Source of the DNA: a virus
Taxonomy: Duplodnaviria; Caudoviricetes
Strand: one strand, 5' to 3'
DNA: 64,000 bases
IMG/VR virus record: IMGVR_UViG_2690316366_000001
Span: 1 to 64,000 of that record
Shown: one piece after another, positions 47,028 to 57,371 of the stretch
Position numbering within the stretch: the first letter of the stretch is position 1
Layout: the number at the start of each line of letters is the position of its first letter
Translations under genes and position numbers: made by a program
The notes under the pieces: generated by a model
Seen by the model: only the letters and a program-made list of their open reading frames with translations
The model's database searches: none
Told to the model about the DNA's origin: nothing

Positions 47028-47255
47028 ATGGCGATCATCAAGCACGATGAGCGCAAGCTGGAAGCCGAACTGCTGCGCATTTTCAGAAGTCACGGCGTGC
47101 CGGCGCTGAACATCGAGGGCCTTCAGCACATTGGTCTGATCTCCGTCCGACAGGTCGGAGACAAGGGCGGCCCATATGTGCCGGGCGCGCCCCCGAATTC
47201 GGCGGCGATCGCGGTACCGACGCTGGTGCGGGACATCTTGGAGGCGCTGAGTTGA
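47028..47255 (+). CDS. Hypothetical protein
   Basis: Operonic. Confidence 0.5.
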   Translation: MAIIKHDERKLEAELLRIFRSHGVPALNIEGLQHIGLISVRQVGDKGGPYVPGAPPNSAAIAVPTLVRDILEALS

Positions 47256-49177
47256 GCCGCCGCAAGATCCTCGTTGCTGACCTTCTCTGCGGCGCCGGTG
47301 GTTCGTCCACCGGCTGCGCGCGGGCTCTCGCTGAGCTCGGGCTCGAGATGGAATTGGTCTGCGTCAATCATTGGGGCGTCGCGATCGAGACGCACAAGAA
47401 GAACCATCCGCTCGCCCGCCATTATTGCGAAGATATCGCCGCGGTGCGTCCGCACATTATCGTGCCGGAGGGATATCTCGACCTGCTGATGGCGTCGCCG
47501 ACGTGCACCCATCACTCCGTCGCGCGCGGCGGCAAGCCGACTTCGGACCAGCAGCGCTCCGACCCGTGGCACATCATCACCTGGCTGACCGAACTTCGCG
47601 TCAAGCGGCTGATTATCGAGAACGTCTGGGAATTCGTGGGGTGGGGCCCGGTCGATCCGCGCACCGGCAAGCCGATCAAATGCCGGAAGGGCGAGTATTT
47701 CGCGCTCTGGATCGACACCATCCGCCGGCTGGGTTTCGACCCCGAATGGCGAAAGTTGAACGCCGCCAATTACGGCGACGCGACCACCCGGCAGAGGTTC
47801 ATCCTGAAGGCGCGCATCGACCGCAAGATGGTCGCCTGGGCGCCGCTGACCCATGCCAAGAGGGCCGAAGATACGTTGCTGTTCCCGGGCATGAAGCCGT
47901 GGAAGCCGGCCCGCGAAATCATCGATTGGGACATCAAGGGCCGCTCGATCTTCGACCGGAAGAAACCCCTCGCGCCGAAGACGCTGGCCCGCATCTACGC
48001 CGGCGCCGTCAAGTTCAAGTGGCCTGAGCCGTTTCTCGTCGTCCTGCGCAATCACATGGGCGGCCGGAGCCTGGACCAGCCGCTGCCGACCGTCGCGGCC
48101 AACGGCACTCACATCGCGCTCGCCGAGCCGATCTTGCTGAAGCAGAATTTCAGGCGGGATGCGCAGTGCGTCAATGACCCGGCGCCGACCGTGATGACAC
48201 AGGCTCGAATTGGGCTCGCCGAGCCGCTCGTCCTGGCAACCGGTAGCGGCGCGGCCCGTCCGACGAACGATCCGTTACCCACGATTACCACCGGCGGCGC
48301 TGGATCTGATGACCCCGGCTGCGCGCGGCCGATGCTGGTCGAGCCGTTCATCCTCAACCGCCACGGCGACGGCTATGCCGAGTCTCGGGCGCATTCGCTG
48401 GGCGATCCGGCGCCGACCGCAAACTGTGACGGTGGCGGGTACCTGGTTGAGCCGTTCATGCTGTCTCGTCATGCCGGCGGAGCGCCGCGATCGGTCGACG
48501 ACCCGACGCCGACCCAGGTCGCGAAGCAGAGCCACGTCCTGATATCGCCGTACTACGGTTCGGGATCCGGAGAGACCTGCAAAAGCGCCGAGGAGCCTCT
48601 GGACACCGTCACGTCGAAGGGGCGCTTCGGCATGGTGGTGCCGGTCACCCATACCCAGGGCGGCAATGTGGCGCGCGATCTCGGAGAGCCGCTGCCGACG
48701 CTGACGACGGCGAAGGGCGGCGAGTTCGCCATGGTCATGCCGGTCACCCATCACGATAACAGCGACCGCGTCAGGGACCTGGCCGAGCCGATCCCGACCG
48801 TCACGACAGCCAACCGCGGCGAGCTCGCCTTCATCGCGGCCCAGTTTGGCGAACGGGCAGGGCAGGCACCACGGGTGCACGACATCGCCGGGCCGACCCC
48901 TGCGATCACTGCCACGGGCCACATCAACCTCGTCGAGGCGACCCCACAGTACGACATCCTCTTCCGAATGCTTGAGCCGCACGAGCTCGCCGCGGCAATG
49001 GGCTTCAACGAAGATGAAGCCGAGTACGAGTTCGCTGGTACCAAGACCCAGAAGATCAAGCAAATAGGGAATGCCGTTTCGGTTTCGCTGATGAAGGCCG
49101 AGGTCTCCGCGATCATGTCGGATGCCGCCGTCTTGTCCAAAGTTGAGTCGCCGGCGAAACGTCGCGCGAGTGCCTGA
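47252..49177 (+). CDS. C5-cytosine DNA methyltransferase with repeat-expanded variable region
   Basis: CGAGG, SPTC, ENV, RQRF, QIGNAV. Confidence 0.92.
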   Translation: MSRRKILVADLLCGAGGSSTGCARALAELGLEMELVCVNHWGVAIETHKKNHPLARHYCEDIAAVRPHIIVPEGYLDLLMASPTCTHHSVARGGKPTSDQQRSDPWHIITWLTELRVKRLIIENVWEFVGWGPVDPRTGKPIKCRKGEYFALWIDTIRRLGFDPEWRKLNAANYGDATTRQRFILKARIDRKMVAWAPLTHAKRAEDTLLFPGMKPWKPAREIIDWDIKGRSIFDRKKPLAPKTLARIYAGAVKFKWPEPFLVVLRNHMGGRSLDQPLPTVAANGTHIALAEPILLKQNFRRDAQCVNDPAPTVMTQARIGLAEPLVLATGSGAARPTNDPLPTITTGGAGSDDPGCARPMLVEPFILNRHGDGYAESRAHSLGDPAPTANCDGGGYLVEPFMLSRHAGGAPRSVDDPTPTQVAKQSHVLISPYYGSGSGETCKSAEEPLDTVTSKGRFGMVVPVTHTQGGNVARDLGEPLPTLTTAKGGEFAMVMPVTHHDNSDRVRDLAEPIPTVTTANRGELAFIAAQFGERAGQAPRVHDIAGPTPAITATGHINLVEATPQYDILFRMLEPHELAAAMGFNEDEAEYEFAGTKTQKIKQIGNAVSVSLMKAEVSAIMSDAAVLSKVESPAKRRASA

Positions 49178-49987
49178 ATGGCAAAGCCGAAACCATTCGC
49201 CTCCGAAGTCGAACTGTGCAAGCGGTTCATCTCCTCGCTGCCCGAGGGATGGACCGCTTACGCCGAGTCCTGTGGCTGGGACATCCTGCTGGTGCGGGAT
49301 GCCGACGGCTTCCAGATTGGCGTCGAGGCAAAGCTCCGGCTCAATACCGAGGTGATCAGCCAGGCGCTCGAGGAGTATGGTGCTTACTCCGCTGATCGCG
49401 AGGGGCCGGATTGTCGCGGTGTGCTCGTCCCCGCGGACTCGCAAGGTGGGTTTGACCGCATCTGCGATTACATCGGTCTCACCATCATCTATGTTCGGTC
49501 GGAGGAGCAGGTCGAGGCCAAGAAGACTTACTACGGCTATAAGCCTAGGGTCTTCGAGCCGCCATTGCCCGGCGATCCGCACCGCGGCAGCAACAGTAAC
49601 TGGTACGAATGGGCTCCGGCCAAGCGTCACACCTTGCCGGATTATGTGCCGGACGTTGATGCCGGCGCGCCATCACCGGTGCAACTGACAAGCTGGAAGA
49701 TCGCGGCGATCAAGATCGCGATCATCCTGGAGAAGCGCGGCTTCCTCGTCCGTGCCGACTTCAAGCACATCAATATCGATCACCGCCGTTGGCTGCCTTC
49801 CGGCGCCGGCTGGCTGGTGCTCGACAATGGAGTGTACCGCGGGGCGCCAGGCTTCCCGGATTTCAAGGCGCAGCACCCGCGCGTATGGGACCAGATAGCC
49901 GCCGACTTCGAGCGCTGGAAACCCACCGATCCGCTGGCCCCGCGGCCGGCCGCTAAACCTGTGCCGAAGCAGGAGACCTTGCTGTGA
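49178..49987 (+). CDS. Hypothetical protein, PD-(D/E)XK-like
   Basis: YAE..GWDIL...GVEAK. Confidence 0.6.
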   Translation: MAKPKPFASEVELCKRFISSLPEGWTAYAESCGWDILLVRDADGFQIGVEAKLRLNTEVISQALEEYGAYSADREGPDCRGVLVPADSQGGFDRICDYIGLTIIYVRSEEQVEAKKTYYGYKPRVFEPPLPGDPHRGSNSNWYEWAPAKRHTLPDYVPDVDAGAPSPVQLTSWKIAAIKIAIILEKRGFLVRADFKHINIDHRRWLPSGAGWLVLDNGVYRGAPGFPDFKAQHPRVWDQIAADFERWKPTDPLAPRPAAKPVPKQETLL

Positions 49988-50334
49988 AACGGATCGGCTG
50001 CTGCATTCCAGGTTGCGGGCGCACCTTCAAGCGCGAGGCCGGCGACGCCGAGGGTGTGATGATCATGTGCGGTCGTCACTGGCATATGGGCGACGTCGCC
50101 ATGCGGAATCGCCACAAGCAGTTGCGCGCGCGGGCGAGGTGGTTCCAGCGCCGCTATGACAAGCGCGGCAACGCAATCGAGCGGTCGCCGAAGCGCGCCA
50201 AGTTTTTCAACGCATGGAGGCGGACATGGACCGAATGCAATGCGCTCTTTGAGCGGATAAAGGACGACGTCGCGATCAAAGCGTCATTCGGCGCCGAGGA
50301 CGCGCCGCGCCGCCGGCCGAAGGTTGAGGCATGA
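49984..50334 (+). CDS. Hypothetical Cys/His protein
   Basis: CCIPGC...CGRHW. Confidence 0.6.
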   Translation: MKRIGCCIPGCGRTFKREAGDAEGVMIMCGRHWHMGDVAMRNRHKQLRARARWFQRRYDKRGNAIERSPKRAKFFNAWRRTWTECNALFERIKDDVAIKASFGAEDAPRRRPKVEA

Positions 50335-51422
50335 CGCGCGAAGACACCGCCGAGATCAAGAAGCGGCTGAACGAGCAGTTGGAGCGCGTCCTTGACCATT
50401 TCTGGAAGGGGTACAAGACGCGCGGCAAGATCGCGTATCCCACTCCCGGCGTCAGAGGCGACCTCGGTTCGTTTCAGGTCTATCTGGGGACAGTCGGTAA
50501 ATACGCGCGCGGGTCTTGGGTGCGGAGCTCGGCCAGCATCGGAGGCGACGAGATCAATCTCTTCGCCTACGGCCTGACTGGAAGCCATCGCGCCGACGCT
50601 GAGGTGTTCGATCGCGCCCGTGAATTCGTCGGGCTCGATCGCGCCCGGGAGGAGACACCAGAGCAGCAGAGACGGCGAGAGGACAGAGCAGCCGAGGCCG
50701 CGGCGAAGCGGGCCGCAGACGACCAACGCGCCGCCGAGCACGTCCAGGCGCGCCAGCACACCGCCGCAGAGATATGGCAGCAGGCCGTCCCGATCGCCGG
50801 CACGCATGCAGAGGCCTATCTGCTGGCCCGTGGCATCCCTGTCCCGCCCTGCGGGTGGGATGAGTGTCTGCGCTTTCATGGCCGGGTGATATACGACCTC
50901 GATGACCGGCTATCCTTTCCCACGCTGGTTGCCCGCGTCGATGACGTCTTCGGCGACCTGACCGCGATCTGGAAAGTCCACCTCGATCCCGCAAAAGCGG
51001 CGAAGGCTCCCGTCAACAAAGCCAAGATTGGCGCTGGTGCGGCTGCCGGCGGCGCCGTGCGGATCGGCGGCGTAGCGGCTCATATAGGCCTCGGCGAGGG
51101 GCTGGAAACCTGTCTCGCCGCGCGCGCGCTGATCAAGTACCGACGCCCGGTATGGGCGGGCCTCAGCACCAGCGGCGTCGCCGGGCTCGAGCCGCCGATC
51201 GAGGTGGAGCGGATCACCTCGTTCCCGGACGGCGACAAGCCGTGGCGGCGCCAGGACGGTGAGCTCATCCTGGCCGAGCCCGCCGGTCGCGCCGCGGTGC
51301 GGAAGCTTCATGAACGCATGGTCGCAATCGGAAAACTGCACGACAGCCAGCCGGAGCCGCGCATGCGGACCGACTATCTCGACATCTGGAATGCGCGGCG
51401 ACGCGTGGAGGCCTCAGCTTGA
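50331..51422 (+). CDS. Toprim primase-like protein (DUF7146-type)
   Basis: AEAYLLARGI, LRFH, GGAVRI, GEGLET, PDGD. Confidence 0.85.
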   Translation: MTREDTAEIKKRLNEQLERVLDHFWKGYKTRGKIAYPTPGVRGDLGSFQVYLGTVGKYARGSWVRSSASIGGDEINLFAYGLTGSHRADAEVFDRAREFVGLDRAREETPEQQRRREDRAAEAAAKRAADDQRAAEHVQARQHTAAEIWQQAVPIAGTHAEAYLLARGIPVPPCGWDECLRFHGRVIYDLDDRLSFPTLVARVDDVFGDLTAIWKVHLDPAKAAKAPVNKAKIGAGAAAGGAVRIGGVAAHIGLGEGLETCLAARALIKYRRPVWAGLSTSGVAGLEPPIEVERITSFPDGDKPWRRQDGELILAEPAGRAAVRKLHERMVAIGKLHDSQPEPRMRTDYLDIWNARRRVEASA

Positions 51423-52741
51423 CGGTTCGAATTCTCAATGGTGATTGCCGGGCCGTCGTCCGGCTCCTGCCTTCCAACTCGGTGCACGCCTGCGTCTGCT
51501 CGCCGCCGTACTTCCGCCTCCGCGACTACAAGATGGCTGGCCAGATCGGGCTCGAGAACTCGCCGGAGGCCTATATCGCGGAGCTCGTCGACCTCTTCCG
51601 GGAGATCCGGCGCGTTCTGCGGGATGACGGCTCGCTCTGGATTAACATCGGCGACTGCTATGCAGGATCCGGCCGTGGCGGCAATCCGGCGGCGGCGTCA
51701 TCGACGCTTCTCGGCACTTTGCAGTCACAGGAAGCGTCGATGGTGGTCCGACAGAACTGGGAGATTGGTGCCAGCTCGAGGACCGCGGCGCAGACCGAGC
51801 GCGGCAGCCGCTTGCCGGCCGGCATCCAGGCGAAAGCCCAGGGTGACGGCGCGATCGGGCGAGCATGGGAGCCGCCGCCGGGCGGCTTGAAGCAGAAAGA
51901 CCTGATCGGCATCCCGTGGATGCTGGCGTTCGCGCTGCGCGCGGACGGCTGGTGGCTGCGCAAAGACAACATTTGGGCCAAGCCAAATGGCATGCCCGAA
52001 AGCACGCGGGATCGGTCGACCAGCGCGCACGAATACGTCTTCCATCTCACGAAGTCGGAGACATATTACCACGGCTATGAGGACGTCAGGCTGCCAGCGG
52101 CGCCGGAGTCGGTAACACGTCTTGCGCGCGCTATGCGCGACCGCCTCGGCGCAGAGGATGGCGGCCTTGTTGTCAGCGGCGGCGGCTACGCGCCTGATGG
52201 GCAGCCGCCGCACGCAGGCGCGCGCAAGCGCGATCGCCAGCGAGGGCACGGGCGGCGCCATGCCGGCTTCAACGATCGCTGGGACGGCATGTCGGTGGCC
52301 GAACAGCGCGCCAACGGCGCGGCTCTTCGGTCTGTCTGGTGGGTCGCGCCGGGCGGCTTCAATGACGAGTTCTGCACCGGTTGCCGGCGGTTTTACGCGA
52401 GCGCCGACGTCGGGAGGCTCCGAACTGAGAAGGTCGAGCGGGACGGTCGCAAGTTCACGCTCCGATATTGCGAATGTGGTTCGCATCAGGACTGGCTGAA
52501 CCATTTCGCGGTGATGCCGCCGGAGGTCGCAGCGGTTTGCATCCTGGCCGGCGTACCGCCTGGCGGTACCGTGCTTGATCCCTTCGCGGGCGCCGGCACC
52601 ACCGGACTGGTTGCGGATCGGCTGCAGCGCGACGCCATCCTGATCGAGTTGAACGCTGACTATGCCGAAATGGCGGCCAGGCGCATCAGTGCCAGCCACC
52701 CCATGCTGACCTCTGTTGAGCTCGAGGCGGTGTCCGCATGA
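51419..52741 (+). CDS. N4-C/N6-A DNA methyltransferase (beta class)
   Basis: CSPPY, WINIGD, IWAKPN.MPES, HFA, DPFAGAGTT. Confidence 0.92.
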   Translation: MTVRILNGDCRAVVRLLPSNSVHACVCSPPYFRLRDYKMAGQIGLENSPEAYIAELVDLFREIRRVLRDDGSLWINIGDCYAGSGRGGNPAAASSTLLGTLQSQEASMVVRQNWEIGASSRTAAQTERGSRLPAGIQAKAQGDGAIGRAWEPPPGGLKQKDLIGIPWMLAFALRADGWWLRKDNIWAKPNGMPESTRDRSTSAHEYVFHLTKSETYYHGYEDVRLPAAPESVTRLARAMRDRLGAEDGGLVVSGGGYAPDGQPPHAGARKRDRQRGHGRRHAGFNDRWDGMSVAEQRANGAALRSVWWVAPGGFNDEFCTGCRRFYASADVGRLRTEKVERDGRKFTLRYCECGSHQDWLNHFAVMPPEVAAVCILAGVPPGGTVLDPFAGAGTTGLVADRLQRDAILIELNADYAEMAARRISASHPMLTSVELEAVSA

Positions 52742-54168
52742 GCAAACGCCCCGCCGCCGCGCCCAATAGGCCGACCCAAAATGTCCGGGCTGAGGAAGCC
52801 ATCATCGGAAAAATTTTGGGGTCGGCCGAGACTTTCTGGGCCGTCTCGGATCGCGTGTCGGCGGACCAATTCACGCTGCACCACCACCGCCTGATCTTCT
52901 CCGCCGTGGAGGACTGCTGCGTCAACGGTGCCGGGCCCGCCCTGTCGCTGCTCGAGTCCAAGCTGCCGACCGAATTCGACGGCGTCGGCGATACCGAAGC
53001 TGTGCTCCAGATCCTGATCGAGAAAGCTGCCGACGTCAGCAGCGCGCTGGATTTCGTTGACGATATTGTGCTGGCATGGCGGGAACGCGCGCGGATCGAG
53101 CTCGGCAAGGTTGCGAGCGCTCCAAATAAGACCTTCGACCAAACCCGGCAGGACATCGACGACCTGCTCCGCGTCGTCGACGATCATGACCGGGTACGGC
53201 ATGCCGTCAGCCTGGCCGACGCCGCCGGGACTGCCATGATCAAGGCGGCCGAAGCCTACGAGCGCCGCGGCAGGCGCGCCGTCGGCGTGCTTACCAAGAT
53301 CCCGGAACTGGATGAAGTGCTCGGACCCATCGTCGGCGGCACAACCGTCACGCTGGCCGCGCCATCCGGCCACGGCAAATCGGCGTTAATGGCTCAGATC
53401 CTGCGGGACAACGCCGGGCCATCGCTGGATGATACGAGCATTTTCCCGGGGTTCTCGCTGAGCCTCGAAATGTCTGCGGAGCAGATTGCATATCGCGACA
53501 TTGCGTCGCTATCCGGCGTCGCGGTCAAGAAGCAGATCAGCGGCGACTTCAACCAGAAGGAATTCCTGGACATCCGCCGGGCGAAGGAGCAGCTCGAGTC
53601 GACCAAGGTCTGGGTCCAAGACCGTAGCCGGATGACGATCAAGCAAATCGGCAATGAATTCCGGAAGGCGAAGCGCCGGTACGGTGTGAAGCAGTTTTGC
53701 ATCGACCACCTGAAGCTGGTCGAGCCCGAGCAGGAGCATTGGAACGTCGTCCGTACGGTCGAATACGCCTCGGCCTACACCAAGGATCTCGCGAAGGAGC
53801 TCGACGGCGTTGTCTGGCAACTCGCGCAACTGACTCGTGAGGGACAGCGCGCACCCAGCTGGAAATTCGGAAGCGGCGACATCTACGGTGGCGGCCTCAT
53901 CGTTGAGAACAGCGACATCATCATCGGCCTGACAATTCCCAAGATTTGGCTCCGCGACAATGAGCCAGAGCCTGCCAGCGAGGAAAACCCGAAAGGACGA
54001 GAGCAGCGCGACCGTTGGCTTCGAGAATGGGAGATTTGGAAGGAGAAGGCGGCCTTTGCTGTCTTCAAGAACCGCAGCGGCACCGGCAGCAAGTGGAAGG
54101 AGGTCGACTTCAATGGACCGCGGATGCTGTTCGGGGGTATCGCAAATAGAGAGGAGATACCCTTTTGA
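52738..54168 (+). CDS. dnaB: DnaB-like replicative helicase
   Basis: AEEAIIG, APSGHGKS, SLEMS, IDHL, QLTR, KNR. Confidence 0.9.
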   Translation: MSKRPAAAPNRPTQNVRAEEAIIGKILGSAETFWAVSDRVSADQFTLHHHRLIFSAVEDCCVNGAGPALSLLESKLPTEFDGVGDTEAVLQILIEKAADVSSALDFVDDIVLAWRERARIELGKVASAPNKTFDQTRQDIDDLLRVVDDHDRVRHAVSLADAAGTAMIKAAEAYERRGRRAVGVLTKIPELDEVLGPIVGGTTVTLAAPSGHGKSALMAQILRDNAGPSLDDTSIFPGFSLSLEMSAEQIAYRDIASLSGVAVKKQISGDFNQKEFLDIRRAKEQLESTKVWVQDRSRMTIKQIGNEFRKAKRRYGVKQFCIDHLKLVEPEQEHWNVVRTVEYASAYTKDLAKELDGVVWQLAQLTREGQRAPSWKFGSGDIYGGGLIVENSDIIIGLTIPKIWLRDNEPEPASEENPKGREQRDRWLREWEIWKEKAAFAVFKNRSGTGSKWKEVDFNGPRMLFGGIANREEIPF

Positions 54169-54431
54169 CAAACGTCACTTAATCCCGGATCGGGTTTCGG
54201 CCGAGATTGGCACTCCGCAGAGGGCTCGCAGGGTGCAGCCAACGGGCTCGGCCAATAGGCCGGCCCCACTTCGATGTGCGCGATCGACAGAGACCACAGT
54301 CAGTTCGTGGGCAGCAGGATATAAGCTATTCAAGTTGGGTTCATGTCCGCTGGGTTATGAGCATTCAGCAACTTCCACCCGATTGAAAGTTGCGCTAGAG
54401 TTCCAGAATTACTCGCTTTAAAGGAGTAGTT

Positions 54432-54803
54432 ATGAAACGTCTCGGTATTGTTTTGTGCATTGCGAGCATCGTTGGACTGGCCAGCGCAGCGTCAGCGAAA
54501 GATCAATTCACTTACCTAGAAGGCAAGTGGACGCCAGTTACAGGCGATGACATTGGCGACTCCATCTGGTTTCACGAGAGTTTTGGTGGATGGGACGCAA
54601 ACATCGCCTGGTGGGGGCAGACGGACATAAGCCGCTCGAATGGATATCGCGGTTCGCACATCAAGGTTGAGGGTCGAGCCGGAGACCGATGCTATTACTA
54701 TGTAAGCCCGATAAACAAAAATAGGATGGCCTGGAATTTGAGATTTGCTGAGTCTGGCAACTGTCCTCGCTCGATTGTATTGGAACGTGACCCACTGCCG
54801 TAA
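54432..54803 (+). CDS. Secreted small protein (moron)
   Basis: AAGGAG RBS, signal peptide, lower GC. Confidence 0.8.
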   Translation: MKRLGIVLCIASIVGLASAASAKDQFTYLEGKWTPVTGDDIGDSIWFHESFGGWDANIAWWGQTDISRSNGYRGSHIKVEGRAGDRCYYYVSPINKNRMAWNLRFAESGNCPRSIVLERDPLP

Positions 54804-54835
54804 AGACTTGCCAGTAGTTTCGATCAGGTACATCG

Positions 54836-56047
54836 ATGCGCTTGGTATTCTTTTTCCTTGCATATCTCTCTTCGATGAGTGCGTCGTTCGCTTCTAACGA
54901 CTTCGATTACCTAATCGGTAAGTGGACGCCGATTACCGGACCGAAGACCGGTGATCCATTTTGGTTTAGCAAGGCCTTCGCCGGTTACGATGCGAATATC
55001 CCATGGTGGGGGCAGGCTGCGATTGTGGAGTCAGAGGGAAAGTACGGTTCACATCTCAAAGTCGCAGCTGGCAAGGGCGGAGCCAACGCGGAGTGCTTCT
55101 ACTACGTTAGTAAGATTGGGGAGCGCAAAATGGCGTGGAACTTGCGATATCCTCCGAATGAGACATCGGAATGTCCTGGATCTCTGGTTTTCGAACGGGA
55201 AAACTCTGGTGAGTTGGATGCAAGCTTGAAGAGAGTGAGAGGGTTTTTGCAGTCAACTGATTATGACACCGCGCTCTCGGAGGCTAACGCGGCCGTTAAG
55301 ATTGATGGAAGCTCTCCAGCAGCCTTCGAAATTCGGGGAGAAGTTAACTGGACTAGAAAGAATTATTCCGCGGCTTTGTCCGATTTCAGCGATGCCATCA
55401 GATTGTGTCCGGAGTCGGATACGCTACGGCTATCCCGACTCTATCTCTGGAGGGGAGTGACACACGCCAATTTAAAAGAGATGGATCAGGCTGTCGGAGA
55501 TTACAGTTCAGTAATCAGGCTTAGTCCGGATGGCCCATACAGCAAGCGAGGCTTAAACAATCGGGGATGGATTTATTACGATCGGAACAATTTTTCTGCT
55601 GCGAAGCGCGACTTTGAAGCGGCGTTAGCGAAAGATCCAAACTATGAGAACGCTCGTAACGGATTGAACAATACCAAGGAGCGGCTGGCGACAGTCGATA
55701 TGAATTTCTGCAACGATACCAGCACTGTTCTCTGGGTGGCCGTTTCAGCTGGGCAGTGGCCGTCTACGGACGCTGTTGTCAGGGGATGGTATGAAGTTGA
55801 TCCGAAAAAATGCGAAACTGTGGGGCGAGTTTCCAAGTCGGTACCATTCTTATTCATCGCCGACGGCACAGATGGCAGGAAATGGCGCGGGGAGGGCGAG
55901 AACTCCAGAAGAATTTGCATAAATAATAAAACTTACAATCGAAAAGTGGTTCCTCAATATCGATGCAGTCCCGATGAAACGCTTCAAGTTTTCCACAGGA
56001 CATTCTTCGGTGAGAATGAGTACGAGCATACAGAACGCATTCAGTAG
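54836..56047 (+). CDS. Secreted TPR protein with DUF1036-like C-terminus
   Basis: Signal peptide; TPR repeats (A.SDFSDAIRL.P); FCNDT...VAV...GWY.V....C. Confidence 0.82.
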   Translation: MRLVFFFLAYLSSMSASFASNDFDYLIGKWTPITGPKTGDPFWFSKAFAGYDANIPWWGQAAIVESEGKYGSHLKVAAGKGGANAECFYYVSKIGERKMAWNLRYPPNETSECPGSLVFERENSGELDASLKRVRGFLQSTDYDTALSEANAAVKIDGSSPAAFEIRGEVNWTRKNYSAALSDFSDAIRLCPESDTLRLSRLYLWRGVTHANLKEMDQAVGDYSSVIRLSPDGPYSKRGLNNRGWIYYDRNNFSAAKRDFEAALAKDPNYENARNGLNNTKERLATVDMNFCNDTSTVLWVAVSAGQWPSTDAVVRGWYEVDPKKCETVGRVSKSVPFLFIADGTDGRKWRGEGENSRRICINNKTYNRKVVPQYRCSPDETLQVFHRTFFGENEYEHTERIQ

Positions 56048-56057
56048 GTTGTCCTCG

Positions 56058-56372
56058 TCAGCTGCGTGGGCAACTCCTGAGCTTCCGACCAGGCGGCTTG
56101 CACTCGATGAACTGTAGCCCGAAACCCGGGAAGTGATGAGAAGCATCACTCTCGTTGTCGTCATCGGAGTCCACCACTCCGCACATCGAGTAACCTGTCG
56201 CGCGCGTTGTTCGGGTCGGTGTCCCGGTCGCCGGTAAGCGTTGATCCAAACCTTGAGCGGGCTTGGGAGCGAGGCTGAGGGCTGGCGGCAGAGTTGACGC
56301 ACACTGCCGGTCCATGCGCCTGCCGACGAGGTGGAGGATATCGGAGCAGTCACGGTGCCCTCCGATAAACAC
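56058..56372 (-). CDS. Possible small Cys-containing protein
   Basis: ORF fills the gap; weak. Confidence 0.3.
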   Translation of the reverse strand: MFIGGHRDCSDILHLVGRRMDRQCASTLPPALSLAPKPAQGLDQRLPATGTPTRTTRATGYSMCGVVDSDDDNESDASHHFPGFGLQFIECKPPGRKLRSCPRS

Positions 56373-56445
56373 GGTGGATGACGATCCAACTTTCCGCTTG
56401 CAATCGTAGACAAATCACCTCAGCGAAATCTATTCGTGATTCTGC

Positions 56446-57360
56446 GTGGAGGATGGAATGTCTGAAGCACGGATCACGGATGTCTCGACGACGCACGTCG
56501 ACAAGGAGCGAGATCGCCGCGCTCGCGTTTTCCAGCGTGATATTCGGCGGGCCAAGCCGATGTGCTCGTACGCCGGTCTTTCGTACGACGCGCAGATCGT
56601 GCTTGAAGAAGAGCGCGCAAGGGCCCGCCGCATTGGCGAAGCCGGCATCGAATGGGCCATGGGCTACGACACCCCCGTCGCACGCCTGGTGACGGAGTAT
56701 TTCCGTTCGAACAAGCTGTTTCAGCAAGGCTACCAGCATGCTGCAGTTCGCGCTGCTGACTTGCTCAATATTCTGGGCAAGCCGCTGACGAAGAAGGAGC
56801 GGAAGGCGAAGGACGAGGAGGGCCGTCTTGCCAGCGGCAAGCGCAAGCACGTCATCCCGGATCCCCAAAACCCGTCGCTCAACGTGATGGTCGACACCGT
56901 GCGGGCATCGCACCTGAACCTGACGGAATCCAAAAAGCGGGGCGCGGCCGACCCGGAAGACAAGCTCCGTCAAAGTGCCGCGGACCGATTTCGCCGAGAC
57001 TTCGACTTGGCCATGTTCCACGGGTCGAGAGGGTTCGCGCTGCAGGACAAGGTCGATGGTGTGGGTGGCGGATCGCCATCTCATACCATCGCCCTCGAGG
57101 CTAGCGGCCGTCTGAAAGAAGTCGAGCGGCTCCTCGGCGAGCGTCAGTTCGACATCCTGTTCGCCAGGATCGGACTCGAGCACAGCAGCGAGGACGTCCG
57201 CCTGCAAGGCGGCGAAGAGCACAGAACAAACAACGCTGACTTCCGTGTCGCACTGAACGCGCTCGTCAAGCTCTACGACGGCATCGTGATCGTCGACCGG
57301 ACGTGGGATGCGGTGCGCCGGCTCAAGACCGCCTCCGGCATGGGCTTGCGGAAGAAGTAG
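56446..57360 (+). CDS. Putative late-gene regulator (DUF6456-like C-terminus)
   Basis: AADRFRRDF...VDG...RL.....LG...FRVALNALVKLY; Q-like genomic position. Confidence 0.55.
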   Translation: MEDGMSEARITDVSTTHVDKERDRRARVFQRDIRRAKPMCSYAGLSYDAQIVLEEERARARRIGEAGIEWAMGYDTPVARLVTEYFRSNKLFQQGYQHAAVRAADLLNILGKPLTKKERKAKDEEGRLASGKRKHVIPDPQNPSLNVMVDTVRASHLNLTESKKRGAADPEDKLRQSAADRFRRDFDLAMFHGSRGFALQDKVDGVGGGSPSHTIALEASGRLKEVERLLGERQFDILFARIGLEHSSEDVRLQGGEEHRTNNADFRVALNALVKLYDGIVIVDRTWDAVRRLKTASGMGLRKK

Positions 57361-57371
57361 GGGCCGGATCG

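Noticed and set aside
47252-49987. Type II restriction-modification pair (C5 MTase plus downstream PD-(D/E)XK-like ORF)
   Set aside because: The nuclease motif is weak and both genes sit in a lytic early operon; insufficient support.
54200-54360. Same cassette repeat bounding the second moron
   Set aside because: Only faint resemblance (TGGCAC core, ATGTCCGC); no properly spaced units and nothing at the right end.
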